From the NCBI GenBank assembly GCA_963737265.1, contig CAVTRY010000022.1:288001-352000 (forward strand): 64,000 bases of DNA, in the 5' to 3' direction. Shown piece after piece: positions 21,749 through 31,041 of the stretch; within the stretch, counting starts at the first letter, position 1, and every line of letters begins with the position of its first letter. Source of the DNA: an uncultured delta proteobacterium. Lineage in GTDB: Bacteria > Myxococcota_A > Polyangia > Fen-1088. The notes below the pieces were generated by a model. That model was not told the origin of the DNA and ran no database searches. It saw only the letters and a list, made by a program, of their open reading frames with translations. The translations under genes and the position numbers were made by a program.

Positions 21749-22408
21749 ATGATACTCGCGCGCTATTCCGAGGCAGACCTTCCCACCGTGCATGGGCCGT
21801 TTCGGCTCATCGTGTATCGTGAAGCGGGCGCCGCCATCGAGTGCGGGAGCCTGGTCTGTTCGCGCGAGCACATGGCGGTCGTGCGCGGGCGCATCACGGG
21901 AAGACCCAACGTCCTCACCCGCGTTCATTCGGAGTGCTGGACATCGGAGGTCATGGGCTCGCTCAAGTGCGACTGCCGCGAGCAGTTCCACACCGCCATG
22001 GAGCGCATCGCGGCCGAAGGTACTGGCGTGGTGGTCTACTTACGGCAGGAGGGCCGCGGCATCGGGCTCGGCAACAAGGTGCGCGCCTACGCCCTGCAAA
22101 ATAGCGGCGCCGACACGGTCGAGGCGAATCTCGCGCTGGGTTTCGAGGCCGATGCTCGCAACTACGATATCGCCGGCGCCATTTTGCGCGACCTTGGGGT
22201 TCAGTCGGTGCGTTTGCTGACCAACAACCCGCTCAAGGTCAAGGGGCTAGAGGACGTGGGCGTCGTGGTGTCTGCCCGCGTCGCGCACTGGGTGGGCGAA
22301 AACCAGCACAACGCCGGCTATCTGGCCGTCAAGCGCCGCAAGATGGGACACGTCGGCGATGTCGAACCAGCCCCGCTTCCGATCTTGAAGGCAGTTCCCA
22401 AGCGATAG
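21749..22408 (+). CDS. ribA: GTP cyclohydrolase II
   Basis: RVHSECWT...KCDCREQ, QEGRGIGL, LLTNNP. Confidence 0.95.
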   Translation: MILARYSEADLPTVHGPFRLIVYREAGAAIECGSLVCSREHMAVVRGRITGRPNVLTRVHSECWTSEVMGSLKCDCREQFHTAMERIAAEGTGVVVYLRQEGRGIGLGNKVRAYALQNSGADTVEANLALGFEADARNYDIAGAILRDLGVQSVRLLTNNPLKVKGLEDVGVVVSARVAHWVGENQHNAGYLAVKRRKMGHVGDVEPAPLPILKAVPKR

Positions 22409-22450
22409 GACAAGCCGCCAGCTTACCGCAATCCCGCGAAAGGCGCAGAA

Positions 22451-22524
22451 GGTCGTGGCCGTGGCCGGAGTGATCTTCGTCGGCCACGGCCAGGGCCACG
22501 ACGACGACGACGTTTACGACCACC
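22451..22524. repeat. REP-like GC-rich palindrome built from GTGGCC/GGCCAC and GAC units
   Basis: GTCGTGGCCGTGGCCG...CGGCCACGGCCAGGGCCACGACGACGACGAC. Confidence 0.6.
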
Positions 22525-22632
22525 CTTCATCGCTCCAACTGGGTGGCGCGTCCATCCTGGAAAGGCGCCTTTTTCTGCCGCCTTCCGCGACGTCGCTGCG
22601 CTTGTCGCGGGATTACGGAGCTTAGGGGCTAC

Positions 22633-22661
22633 TTGACCCCTGGGGGCGCGCCGACTACAAC
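22633..22661 (+). promoter_or_regulatory. Putative sigma70 promoter of trpS (very short leader)
   Basis: TTGACC-N17-TACAAC ending 10 nt before the ATG at 22672. Confidence 0.45.
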
Positions 22662-22671
22662 CGCAGGGGCC

Positions 22672-23691
22672 ATGTTCGAAAGCCAGCCTGCGTCGCGCGA
22701 AACGATCTTCTCCGGGATTCAGCCTTCGGGTGAGCTGCACCTCGGTAACTACCTCGGTGCCATACGCAATTGGGTGGCGTTGCAGTCGTCGTATCGCTGT
22801 TTCTTCTGCATCGTCGACTACCACGCCATCACCCAGCCGTTCGAGCCGGCCGAGCTGGGCCGGCGCGTGCGCGAGATGGCGAGCGACCTCATCGCGTGCG
22901 GCATCGATCCAGAAAAATGCACGCTGTTCGTGCAATCTGCGGTGCGCGAGCACACCGAGCTGGCGTGGGCGCTGTCGTCGGTCGCGAGCCACGGCGAGCT
23001 CGGTCGCATGACCCAGTTCAAGGAAAAGGCGGCGAAGAATCCCGACAACATCAACGCCGGGATTTTCACCTACCCGGTGCTGCAGGCGGCGGACATTTTG
23101 CTCTACCACGCGACCAAGGTTCCGGTGGGCGAGGATCAGCGCCAGCACCTGGAGCTGGCGCGCGAGATTGTCCGCAAGTGGAATGCGCGCTTCGGCGAGA
23201 CCTTTCGTGAGCCCGAGGCGCTCTACTCGTCGACACCGAAGATCCTCGGTCTCGACGGCCAGGCCAAGATGTCGAAGAGTTTGGGCAACACCATTTCGCT
23301 ACGCGAGGATGATGCCGCCGTTTGGAACAAGCTGCGCACGGCCGCGACCGACCCGGCGCGAGTGCGGCGTACCGACGCCGGGGATCCCGACAAGTGCAAT
23401 GTGTTCACGCTGCACAAGTTCTTCACCAGTGCGGAGCGCCAGGCCGAGGTGCGCCAGGGCTGCGCCACGGCGGGAATCGGCTGCATCGACTGCAAAAAGA
23501 TACTTCTCGAAGGCATCACAGTCGATCTCGAACGCATTCGCGCCCGGCGCGCCGAGCTTTTGTCCACACCCGAAGCCATCGACGAAATTCTGGTCGAGGG
23601 CGCGCGGCAGGCGCGTGAAGTCGCGGCCGAGACCATGGCCCTGGTCCGCGATCGCCTCGGCATCGAGCACATTCGCGGTCGCGCGCCTTGA
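22672..23691 (+). CDS. trpS: Tryptophan--tRNA ligase
   Basis: SGIQPSG, HLGNY, YPVLQAADIL, GEDQ, KMSKS. Confidence 0.97.
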   Translation: MFESQPASRETIFSGIQPSGELHLGNYLGAIRNWVALQSSYRCFFCIVDYHAITQPFEPAELGRRVREMASDLIACGIDPEKCTLFVQSAVREHTELAWALSSVASHGELGRMTQFKEKAAKNPDNINAGIFTYPVLQAADILLYHATKVPVGEDQRQHLELAREIVRKWNARFGETFREPEALYSSTPKILGLDGQAKMSKSLGNTISLREDDAAVWNKLRTAATDPARVRRTDAGDPDKCNVFTLHKFFTSAERQAEVRQGCATAGIGCIDCKKILLEGITVDLERIRARRAELLSTPEAIDEILVEGARQAREVAAETMALVRDRLGIEHIRGRAP

Positions 23692-23693
23692 CC

Positions 23694-24083
23694 ATGCATC
23701 GCCTCGTTTGGATCGTCGCGCTCATTCTCGCCAGCTGTTCAAGCCGCGAGAGCGCCGACAATCCCGAGGGCGCGGTTCATCTCTTTATTGTAGCCGCGCG
23801 CAGTGGCGATCGTGCGTCGGTCTACCAGCGCCTAGGTCCGGAGACGCGCAAGCGCATCGAGGCGTTGCTACTATCGAGCCGGCACCAAAGTGGCCGTCTC
23901 ATCACCAAGCCCGAGGACTTCTTCTCGGTTGGCTGGGCGCCGCCGGCGTGGGAGCCGGCCGGTACGCGCACCGTCCATCGCGACCACGACCACGCCGAGG
24001 TCGAGGTGTATTCGGCCGCTGGCGATCGTCACTCGCTCGCGCTCGTGCGCGAAGAAAAAGAGTGGAAGATCGAGTTTCCGTGA
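23694..24083 (+). CDS. Putative lipoprotein (NTF2-like/DUF4878-like)
   Basis: Signal peptide with LASC lipobox; C-terminal LVREEKEWKI. Confidence 0.65.
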   Translation: MHRLVWIVALILASCSSRESADNPEGAVHLFIVAARSGDRASVYQRLGPETRKRIEALLLSSRHQSGRLITKPEDFFSVGWAPPAWEPAGTRTVHRDHDHAEVEVYSAAGDRHSLALVREEKEWKIEFP

Positions 24084-24125
24084 GGCGAGGCGCTTCGCCA
24101 GCGCCGGCCCTTCCTATCTCGTCCG

Positions 24126-24187
24126 CTAGCTCCGCCCGTCAGAAGAGCGGCCATATTTCAGCCGCCGGGGCGCCCAGGGCGGAACTA
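24126..24187. mobile_element. Short MITE-like element with inverted ends TAG(C/T)TCCGCCC / GGGCGGAACTA
   Basis: The ends are mutually inverted, and the first ~37 bp recur inverted at 37550-37586. Confidence 0.6.
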
Positions 24188-24188
24188 C

Positions 24189-24584
24189 CTAGATGACGAC
24201 CACCTTAGCTCGATGTCCCGGCACCGAGGTCAGCGCCCGATCGCGTGTTACCAATGGCACACGCAGGGCCTCCGCCAGGGCAACGTAGAGACCGTCGTAG
24301 ACAGTGATGGTGTGATGCAAAGCAAAGGCCCGCCCTAGCAGGAAGTCGTGAGCGAATCGCTGGATTGGCAGCGCCTCGAGATCTTCGACTGCCTGCAAAG
24401 CTCGCCCCTTCGTGAGGACACGCTGGAGGACCAAGCGCCGCAGCACCTGGCCAAACTCGGCGTCAAGCAAGTGAGGCGCAGCCATACCGGAGCCCTCGGC
24501 ATCGATCGCGCTAAGTATCTCCCCGGCGTGCGGGTCAATCCCAAGAACAAGATCGACCGCTGCCGAGGCATCGAGCACGATCAA
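24189..24584 (-). CDS. vapC: VapC-family PIN-domain toxin
   Basis: IVLDASA, DAE, TVYDGLYVALAE, LVTRD. Confidence 0.9.
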   Translation of the reverse strand: MIVLDASAAVDLVLGIDPHAGEILSAIDAEGSGMAAPHLLDAEFGQVLRRLVLQRVLTKGRALQAVEDLEALPIQRFAHDFLLGRAFALHHTITVYDGLYVALAEALRVPLVTRDRALTSVPGHRAKVVVI

Positions 24585-24814
24585 CGGCGGGCCTCACGCT
24601 CTGCGCGCACGAGCGCGGCGGAATCGATCCGCGCGCTGGTCTTCGGCCGGCACCGCATTCTCTCGACTACCTCCTCAAGGGTGGGCCGGTTGGCCACTTC
24701 GGTAACCTCACGCAGGAGGAACTCCGACAACGCCATCCCGCGTTCCGCCGCGCGGATTTTTAGCTTGCGATGGATGTCATCGGGAACATGCCGGATTTGC
24801 ACCATGACTGCCAT
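24581..24814 (-). CDS. FitA/VapB-like ribbon-helix-helix antitoxin
   Basis: VQIRHVPDDIHRKLKIRAAERGMALSEFL; 4-nt overlap with the toxin gene. Confidence 0.85.
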   Translation of the reverse strand: MAVMVQIRHVPDDIHRKLKIRAAERGMALSEFLLREVTEVANRPTLEEVVERMRCRPKTSARIDSAALVRAEREARR

Positions 24815-24852
24815 GTCACAAGCATGCAAACGTGTGGCGCACATGTCAAGCA
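24812..24852. promoter_or_regulatory. Probable antitoxin operator region
   Basis: Clustered CATG-centred palindromes (GCATGC, ACATGT) and repeated CATGTCA right at the antitoxin start. Confidence 0.4.
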
Positions 24853-24907
24853 GCCGTCACGTCGTGGGTGGGGTGGCCGCCCACCGTCCGTCGCGACCAC
24901 GACCACG

Positions 24908-25417
24908 CTAGAGCGCGGGGCGCTCGCGGACCAGGGTTTGCTCGACGATCTCGATGTCCGCGTCCTGGATCTCGATTTCAATGTCTTCGAATTCCGGCAT
25001 GACAAATCCGGGATTGGTGGCGTCGCTCGCGCCGGCGCGCGGCGGTCCGCGACGATCGCCTACGCGGCGCTCGCGCGGAAAGACCCGGCGTTCAAGTCCG
25101 TCCCCGCGGCGATCATCGGCGCGGCGGTCGCGCGTGAGCAAGCGGCGCAGTCCATCGATGGAGCTCGGCACCTTGGCCAGTTTCAGCGTGCGCGCGGCGC
25201 AAATGTGGCACAGGCTCACCGAGCGACTGTGCACTTCGACCAGGCGCAAGTTTTCGCGGCGGCGCTCGTCGCACACGGCGCAGCAGGCACCGCGAGGAAC
25301 CGGCCGCAGGTCGGCCCATTTGGAATAGCAGCCCCAGCAGCGTCCGCGGCGAAGTTCGGTAACCATGGCGCCGCACGAACCACATGGGATGGTGGCGCGT
25401 TCGATTTCGATGCTCAT
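24908..25417 (-). CDS. Cys-rich hypothetical protein with four CxxC pairs and (D/E)RR repeats
   Basis: CGSC, CWGC, CCAVC, CHIC; DRRADDRR...ERR...ERRVGDRR; acidic tail. Confidence 0.7.
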   Translation of the reverse strand: MSIEIERATIPCGSCGAMVTELRRGRCWGCYSKWADLRPVPRGACCAVCDERRRENLRLVEVHSRSVSLCHICAARTLKLAKVPSSIDGLRRLLTRDRRADDRRGDGLERRVFPRERRVGDRRGPPRAGASDATNPGFVMPEFEDIEIEIQDADIEIVEQTLVRERPAL

Positions 25418-25478
25418 CCCATGTAGGTAACTCGACTACGTGTGCGTGGCAAATTTTCGACTTCTTTTTGCGGTCCGG

Positions 25479-26618
25479 TCAGCCGACCGCAACGACCGTG
25501 GGCAACGGCATGCCGTTGAAATTCGTGCCGCTCGCGATGGTGTAGGCGCCGATTTTTTCGCTGTAGAGCAAATCGCCGAGCTGCAGGTTGACCGGCAGGT
25601 CTTCCGCCACCGAGACCACGTCCAAGGCGTCGCAGGTGGGTCCAAACACGGAAGCTATTTCCGTCTCGCCCCTCTTGAAGCTCTTGAAATGGTACTGGCA
25701 GTGATCGAACAGCACGCCCGAGAAGGTGCCGTAGACGCCGTCGTTGACGTAGTAGCACTGCTTGCCACTGCGCACGGCCTTTCCGATGATTTCCACTACC
25801 AAGGTCGCCGCGGTCGCCACCATGAAACGGCCGGGCTCGGCGATGATCTCGATCTCCGGGCCGAAAAGCCGGTCGAATTCCGAGCTCAGGGTCTTGGCCA
25901 GCTCCGCGAACGGCCGCACGTGCGGATCGTAGGGCGCGGGAAAACCGCCGCCGATGTCGAGGATCTTCACCTGCTTGTGGCCGCGATCCCAGGCTTCCTT
26001 GAAGATCCCGTCGGCGATGCCCAAGGCCTGGACGTAGTTTTGATAGTTCGTGCATTGACTGCCCACGTGGAAAGACAAGCCCTCGACGGAAAGCCCGGCG
26101 TTAAATGCGGCTTCGATGAGGTCGACGGCCTCGCCCGGCGATGCGCCGAACTTCGACGACAGCTCGACCATGGATCCGGTGTTGGGCACGTTCACGCGCA
26201 GGACCAGACCGGCATGCGGCGCAAATTTTTTGATCTTCCCGACTTCGGCGAGATTGTCGTAGGTGACGAGCGGCTTGTACGGATCCAGGTCGGCGAGGGT
26301 GCGGTTGTCCTTCACCGGATTGGCGTAGACGATCTTGTCCCAGATAAAATCCTGGCGCTTCTTGTCCGGCCACCCCTTGATGTTTTCGTGCACGATGTTG
26401 AATTCCGGCATGGACGCCACGTCGAAGCTGGCGCCGGCATCGAACAACGTCTTGACGATGGCGGGGTCGGGGTTGGCCTTGACCGCGTAGTACGCCTGTA
26501 CGCGCGGCAGGAACTTGCGAAACATGGCGTAGTTACGCCGAATCTCACGGTGATCGACGACGAAGAGCGGGGTGCCGTACTTGGCGGCGAGTTGCTTGAG
26601 CTGCCTGGATGAAACCAC
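25479..26618 (-). CDS. Fold-type III PLP-dependent ornithine/lysine decarboxylase
   Basis: YAVKAN, FDVAS, SKFG, FHVGSQ, DIGGGF, EPGR, GPTCD, GAYT. Confidence 0.92.
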   Translation of the reverse strand: MVSSRQLKQLAAKYGTPLFVVDHREIRRNYAMFRKFLPRVQAYYAVKANPDPAIVKTLFDAGASFDVASMPEFNIVHENIKGWPDKKRQDFIWDKIVYANPVKDNRTLADLDPYKPLVTYDNLAEVGKIKKFAPHAGLVLRVNVPNTGSMVELSSKFGASPGEAVDLIEAAFNAGLSVEGLSFHVGSQCTNYQNYVQALGIADGIFKEAWDRGHKQVKILDIGGGFPAPYDPHVRPFAELAKTLSSEFDRLFGPEIEIIAEPGRFMVATAATLVVEIIGKAVRSGKQCYYVNDGVYGTFSGVLFDHCQYHFKSFKRGETEIASVFGPTCDALDVVSVAEDLPVNLQLGDLLYSEKIGAYTIASGTNFNGMPLPTVVAVG

Positions 26619-26687
26619 GTGAACCTCCCGAAGAGGTCCGCAGTCTACAATGGAGAAGTCCGAACGGTCGAAACGTGAATGTGACGA

Positions 26688-27335
26688 CTACTTCTTGCCC
26701 TGTTTGATCTCGCCCAGCCACGACTCCATCTTTTGGGTGCGCTTGTCGAGCTCGGCGCGGACTTCGGCCAGGGGCTTTTCGTCGCCAGCCATCGCCGCCG
26801 CCAGCGCGGCCGGGTAGTCATTGGCCAGGAGATTCAGGCTTACGTCGTGATCGGTGCCGATATTGGAATTGCCGCCCGTAGGATCCATGGTGCGCAGGAT
26901 CTTGCCTTGGGCCTCGATACCCTTACGCTGCTTTTGCGACAGCTTATCCAATTGCGCGGCCGCATCCGGCTTTCCCTTCAGCTTTTGGGCGGCGTCGTCG
27001 AGCTCTTCGCGCGTCTTCTTCTCGAATGCGAGCAGCGCCAGGTGCTTGGGCAACTTGCTCTGGTCGAACTTGCGCAGGCGCGCCGACTCTTCGTCGGCCA
27101 GCTGTTTGGCCAGCTTCTCGTCGGCCTCTTTCTTGGCCTTCCACAGGGCGTACTTTTCCATCATCCCGAGATGCGCGTCGGCGGTTCCGGCGTCGGCCGA
27201 CTTCGGCGCCTCGGCGACGGGCGTTGGCTTGGCCGGTGGCGCGGCCGGCGGCGCGGGTTTGGCGGGCTCCTGACTGGCGCAGGCCGGTAAGAGGGCGATG
27301 ATCCCGATTCCGAGAAACGTGGCGATCCGCTTCAT
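26688..27335 (-). CDS. Putative lipoprotein, helical
   Basis: MKRIATFLGIGIIALLPAC lipobox, Pro-rich linker, coiled-coil-like body. Confidence 0.7.
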   Translation of the reverse strand: MKRIATFLGIGIIALLPACASQEPAKPAPPAAPPAKPTPVAEAPKSADAGTADAHLGMMEKYALWKAKKEADEKLAKQLADEESARLRKFDQSKLPKHLALLAFEKKTREELDDAAQKLKGKPDAAAQLDKLSQKQRKGIEAQGKILRTMDPTGGNSNIGTDHDVSLNLLANDYPAALAAAMAGDEKPLAEVRAELDKRTQKMESWLGEIKQGKK

Positions 27336-27441
27336 GGCTATACCTATACAACGGAACGCCCGAAAAATGGACGCGCGCATGCCAGATTACGTCGACGTTT
27401 TAGTTGTACTCTACATTACTATGAATTACCATTAAAACAAT

Positions 27442-27813
27442 ATGGGCACATGGATCAAGCCGGGTCTCCCGTGTGGGGTAGCGGTGGCCGAGCCTACGGG
27501 AAAACACACAGGATCGGCAGGTTCGCCCGTTGCCGAAGACGAGGATCCAGAGGACGACGCCTCGGCGGACGTAGACTTGGAATTCGAAGCCGAGACACCG
27601 ACCGAAGCCAACCGCGCCAATCCGCTGTCGGCGCCGGGTGGTGAGGCCGAGAATGGAACACCGCCGCCCGAGCCGTTCTCGGGACCTGGCTCCTACCGGA
27701 TGGTCCGGCCGGCCATCTCGGACTACGTGGCAGGGCCGGTTCAAGTCGCGGGCAAGGCCGACAAGAGCCCTGTCGGCCGCCTGATCATCGGCGTGGCACG
27801 CAAACCCCAGTAG
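27442..27813 (+). CDS. Small acidic hypothetical protein
   Basis: ORF directly after an AT-rich promoter-like stretch; no recognisable family. Confidence 0.45.
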   Translation: MGTWIKPGLPCGVAVAEPTGKHTGSAGSPVAEDEDPEDDASADVDLEFEAETPTEANRANPLSAPGGEAENGTPPPEPFSGPGSYRMVRPAISDYVAGPVQVAGKADKSPVGRLIIGVARKPQ

Positions 27814-27934
27814 CGACGGCATTCGCCGCGTTCAACCGCATCGTGGTTGAACTTCGACGGCGCTCTCCTCTAGTATCCGTGTCGACGTTTCGATGCTCCG
27901 CAGTCCCTAACGGCGCGTCCCACACTTGGACAGG

Positions 27935-29335
27935 ATGGACAAAATGGACGAAGTGAAGATCTATCTTTCCGAACACGAGATCCCTCGAAAGTGGTACAAC
28001 CTCGCTGCGGATTTGCCGACGCCGATGCTGCCGCCGCTCGGTCCCGACGGCCAACCGGTCAGGCCTGAAATGTTGGCGCCGGTCTTCCCGATGAATCTCA
28101 TCGAGCAAGAGGTCAGCACCCAGCGCTGGATCGACATTCCGCCCGAGGTGCTGGACATCCTCTACCGTTGGCGGCCCTCGCCGCTTCGGCGGGCAGTGTA
28201 TCTGGAGCGCTTCCTAAAGACGCCGGCGCGCATCTACTTCAAGGACGAAAGCGTCAGCCCGGCAGGCAGCCACAAGCCCAACACCGCGGTGCCGCAGGCC
28301 TTCTACAACAAACAATTCGGCATCAAGCGCCTCACCACCGAGACGGGAGCTGGCCAGTGGGGAACCGCGCTTGCGTTTGCGTGCAACCTCATCGGTCTCG
28401 AGTGCAAGGTCTTCATGGTGCGCATCAGCTTCGACCAAAAACCCTTTCGCAAGCTGATGATGCAGGTGTGGGGCGCCAACTGCGTAGCCAGCCCCAGCAG
28501 CGAAACCAATGCCGGCCGCACCATCCTGGCTAGTATGCCCGACACGCCAGGCAGCCTCGGCATCGCCATCAGCGAAGCCATCGAAGCGGCGGTGAGCGAC
28601 GGAACCGGCGAGACCCGCTATGCCTTGGGCAGCGTGCTCAACCACGTGCTGCTTCACCAGACCATCATCGGTCTCGAAGCCAAGGAACAGCTCAAGAAGG
28701 CGGGCGAGAAGCTTCCCGACGTGGTGATCGGTTGCGCCGGCGGTGGCAGCAACTTCGCCGGGCTCGCGTTTCCCTTCACGTACGACAAGATCCACGGCGC
28801 GAAGATGAAGATCGTTCCGGTCGAACCGGCTGCGTGTCCCAAAATGACCAAGGGCAAGTTTGTCTACGACCACGGCGATGTGGCAGGCATGACGCCGCTT
28901 CTGCCCATGTACTCGCTCGGCCACACCTTCGTGCCCAAGCCCATTCACGCCGGTGGGCTTCGCTATCATGGGATGGCGCCCCTCGTCTGCCAGGGCGTCG
29001 TCGAGGGATTGTTCGAGCCCAAGGCCTACGACCAGCTCAAATGCTACGAGGCGGCCATGGTGTGGGCCAGAACCGAAGGCATGATCTGCGCGCCCGAGAC
29101 CAGCCACGCCATCGCGGCCACCATCGACGAGGCTGTCGCGTGCCGCGAGACCGGCGAAAAGAAGGTCATTCTTTTCAACTACAGCGGCCATGGTCTGATG
29201 GATCTGGCGGGCTACGACGCCTATTTGTCCGGCAAGCTGACCGACTATATGATGCCGAACGAAGAAATCGAGCAGAACCTCGCCAAGCTGGCGGGCATGC
29301 CCAAAGCTGAGTCCCGCAAGTCCGGCAAGTGGTAG
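27935..29335 (+). CDS. trpB2: TrpB2 (TrpB-like PLP enzyme)
   Basis: [56 protein letters not shown]. Confidence 0.93.
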   Translation: MDKMDEVKIYLSEHEIPRKWYNLAADLPTPMLPPLGPDGQPVRPEMLAPVFPMNLIEQEVSTQRWIDIPPEVLDILYRWRPSPLRRAVYLERFLKTPARIYFKDESVSPAGSHKPNTAVPQAFYNKQFGIKRLTTETGAGQWGTALAFACNLIGLECKVFMVRISFDQKPFRKLMMQVWGANCVASPSSETNAGRTILASMPDTPGSLGIAISEAIEAAVSDGTGETRYALGSVLNHVLLHQTIIGLEAKEQLKKAGEKLPDVVIGCAGGGSNFAGLAFPFTYDKIHGAKMKIVPVEPAACPKMTKGKFVYDHGDVAGMTPLLPMYSLGHTFVPKPIHAGGLRYHGMAPLVCQGVVEGLFEPKAYDQLKCYEAAMVWARTEGMICAPETSHAIAATIDEAVACRETGEKKVILFNYSGHGLMDLAGYDAYLSGKLTDYMMPNEEIEQNLAKLAGMPKAESRKSGKW

Positions 29336-29373
29336 CAAAGGGATAGGGCCGCCGCCCTCGGCGCGCGAGCCCA

Positions 29374-30780
29374 CTACGCGCCGAGGACGAGGAGCAAGCG
29401 AACGTCCTTGGTGCCGAGGCCATTGCCTACGTCGACGCCGACGAGCGGAATCGCGACGCTGCGCAGGTAGAAGCGCAGGCCCGCGCCCGCCGAGGTGTGG
29501 ATGTCCTTGTCCGGGTTGAATCCTTGGCGGAGAAACTCGGGCGGGAGGAACTGGCGGCCGTCAGCGCGCGGAAGATAGGCCGTTCCGTCGAGATTCTTTT
29601 CCGGTAATTGTCGGAACCAGATCGCAGCGGCGTCGTTGAACACCAGGCCGCGAACATCCAGGCCGCGGATGCTAAACAGGGGAAAGTGGTACTCGACCTG
29701 GGTGCGCAGATGGGTGTCGCCTTGAAACTGCCGATAAAGGTAGCCGCGCAGATTCGGTCCGCCGGCTGAATTCTCGGACCACAGCGGTAGGTTTTCTCCC
29801 GCGATACCGCCAGCGCGCACGATCAGGTTGTGTTGGCGAAAAAAGCGAATGCCGTGTTCGTAGGACACGCTGGCCTTCCAGTACCTGATGCTCGACTGAC
29901 TTCCCCAGCGAGGCGCGGCGTATTCGAAGCCGAACCCCAGCGCGTTGCCATAGGTGATGGCATGTTCGCGCGCTCGGTAATCGAAGGTGAGATTGACTGC
30001 AGCGCTGCCCCGGCGGGCACTGGCGGCCGCTGGCGGCGGCGGATCCCCCAAGGTCTGGGATACGGTTTGGCCGTTGGCGAGCAGGGTTGGGTTGGTGGGA
30101 TCGGCCAGGCGGGACCACAGCACGTCGTTCCGGTCGAGGTTCCAGCCGAACGACGTGCGCACCTTGCGGAACCAGGCGACACCAACGTTGGCTTCGAATC
30201 CGTAACTGCCCAGAAGGGTATTGCGGATGGGTTCAAGCGGCAGTCCCGGAATGTCGACGTTGGCGTACTCGGGAATGATCTGCGACTGATACTTGCCTTT
30301 AACCGTGAAGAAACCCCACGAGCCGAACACGGCGGGATCTTCGTAGGCAACCAGGATTCCCGAATCTACGTTCGAAATGCGGCCGCCAATAAGTCCGCGC
30401 TTGCCCGCGCCAAAGAGATTACCGTGCGCCAGCACTCCGCCCGCCGAAACGTTCCCGGGCGAATACGAAAATGTGGGCAGGGGCGCCCAAGGAAACTTCT
30501 CGGTGATCACGATGACGATGCGAACGCCCTCGCCATGCGGCTCCCAGTAGACGTTGACGTCGGCAAAGAGGCCCGAGGTGTGGAGGCGCTCGCGGGCGAT
30601 GTCGAGAGTGTCGAAGTGGAGCGGATCGCCGATGGAGATCCCAGCAATCGACCGCACCGTTTCCTCGTCGGTGCGTACCGCATTTTGGACGCGCACGTCG
30701 GTGATGACTTCCTCCTGCGCCCACGCGCGCGAGCTTGTCAGCGCACAAACTACGGCGAGGAGACTTGCAGAACGGCGCAT
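29374..30780 (-). CDS. Omp85/BamA-TamA family outer-membrane protein with a single POTRA domain
   Basis: Signal peptide ending AWA-Q, POTRA (RLHTSGLFADV), NLFGAG, LRGY motif, GAGLRFY. Confidence 0.8.
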   Translation of the reverse strand: MRRSASLLAVVCALTSSRAWAQEEVITDVRVQNAVRTDEETVRSIAGISIGDPLHFDTLDIARERLHTSGLFADVNVYWEPHGEGVRIVIVITEKFPWAPLPTFSYSPGNVSAGGVLAHGNLFGAGKRGLIGGRISNVDSGILVAYEDPAVFGSWGFFTVKGKYQSQIIPEYANVDIPGLPLEPIRNTLLGSYGFEANVGVAWFRKVRTSFGWNLDRNDVLWSRLADPTNPTLLANGQTVSQTLGDPPPPAAASARRGSAAVNLTFDYRAREHAITYGNALGFGFEYAAPRWGSQSSIRYWKASVSYEHGIRFFRQHNLIVRAGGIAGENLPLWSENSAGGPNLRGYLYRQFQGDTHLRTQVEYHFPLFSIRGLDVRGLVFNDAAAIWFRQLPEKNLDGTAYLPRADGRQFLPPEFLRQGFNPDKDIHTSAGAGLRFYLRSVAIPLVGVDVGNGLGTKDVRLLLVLGA

Positions 30781-30880
30781 CAGAGGAGCGAGTGTATCAG
30801 GGGGCCGCAAACCTTTGCCATGATCGAAGCCTTTGCCGCCTTTGCCATATCGCGGACGTCGAGGTGAATCGGTGGGTCTC

Positions 30881-31041
30881 AAGACGTGTCTATCAACCGC
30901 GGACCGAGCCCCGGCCGAGCGAGCAAGCCCGCCCGCGAGGCGCGACGAGCGCGCAGAGCGCGGGCTATGTGAGCGAGGAGTAACGAAGCGGGCAGGATGC
31001 GCAGCCGGACGGGCGACGGGAGCGATTGATGGACACGTCTT
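30881..31041. mobile_element. MITE-like element of 161 bp with 20-bp terminal inverted repeats
   Basis: AAGACGTGTCTATCAACCGC versus the reverse complement of GCGATTGATGGACACGTCTT match at 18 of 20 positions; non-coding interior. Confidence 0.7.

Noticed and set aside
22409-22671. T-box or attenuator upstream of trpS
   Set aside because: No T-box sequence or Trp-rich leader peptide is seen, and the putative promoter sits right at the start codon
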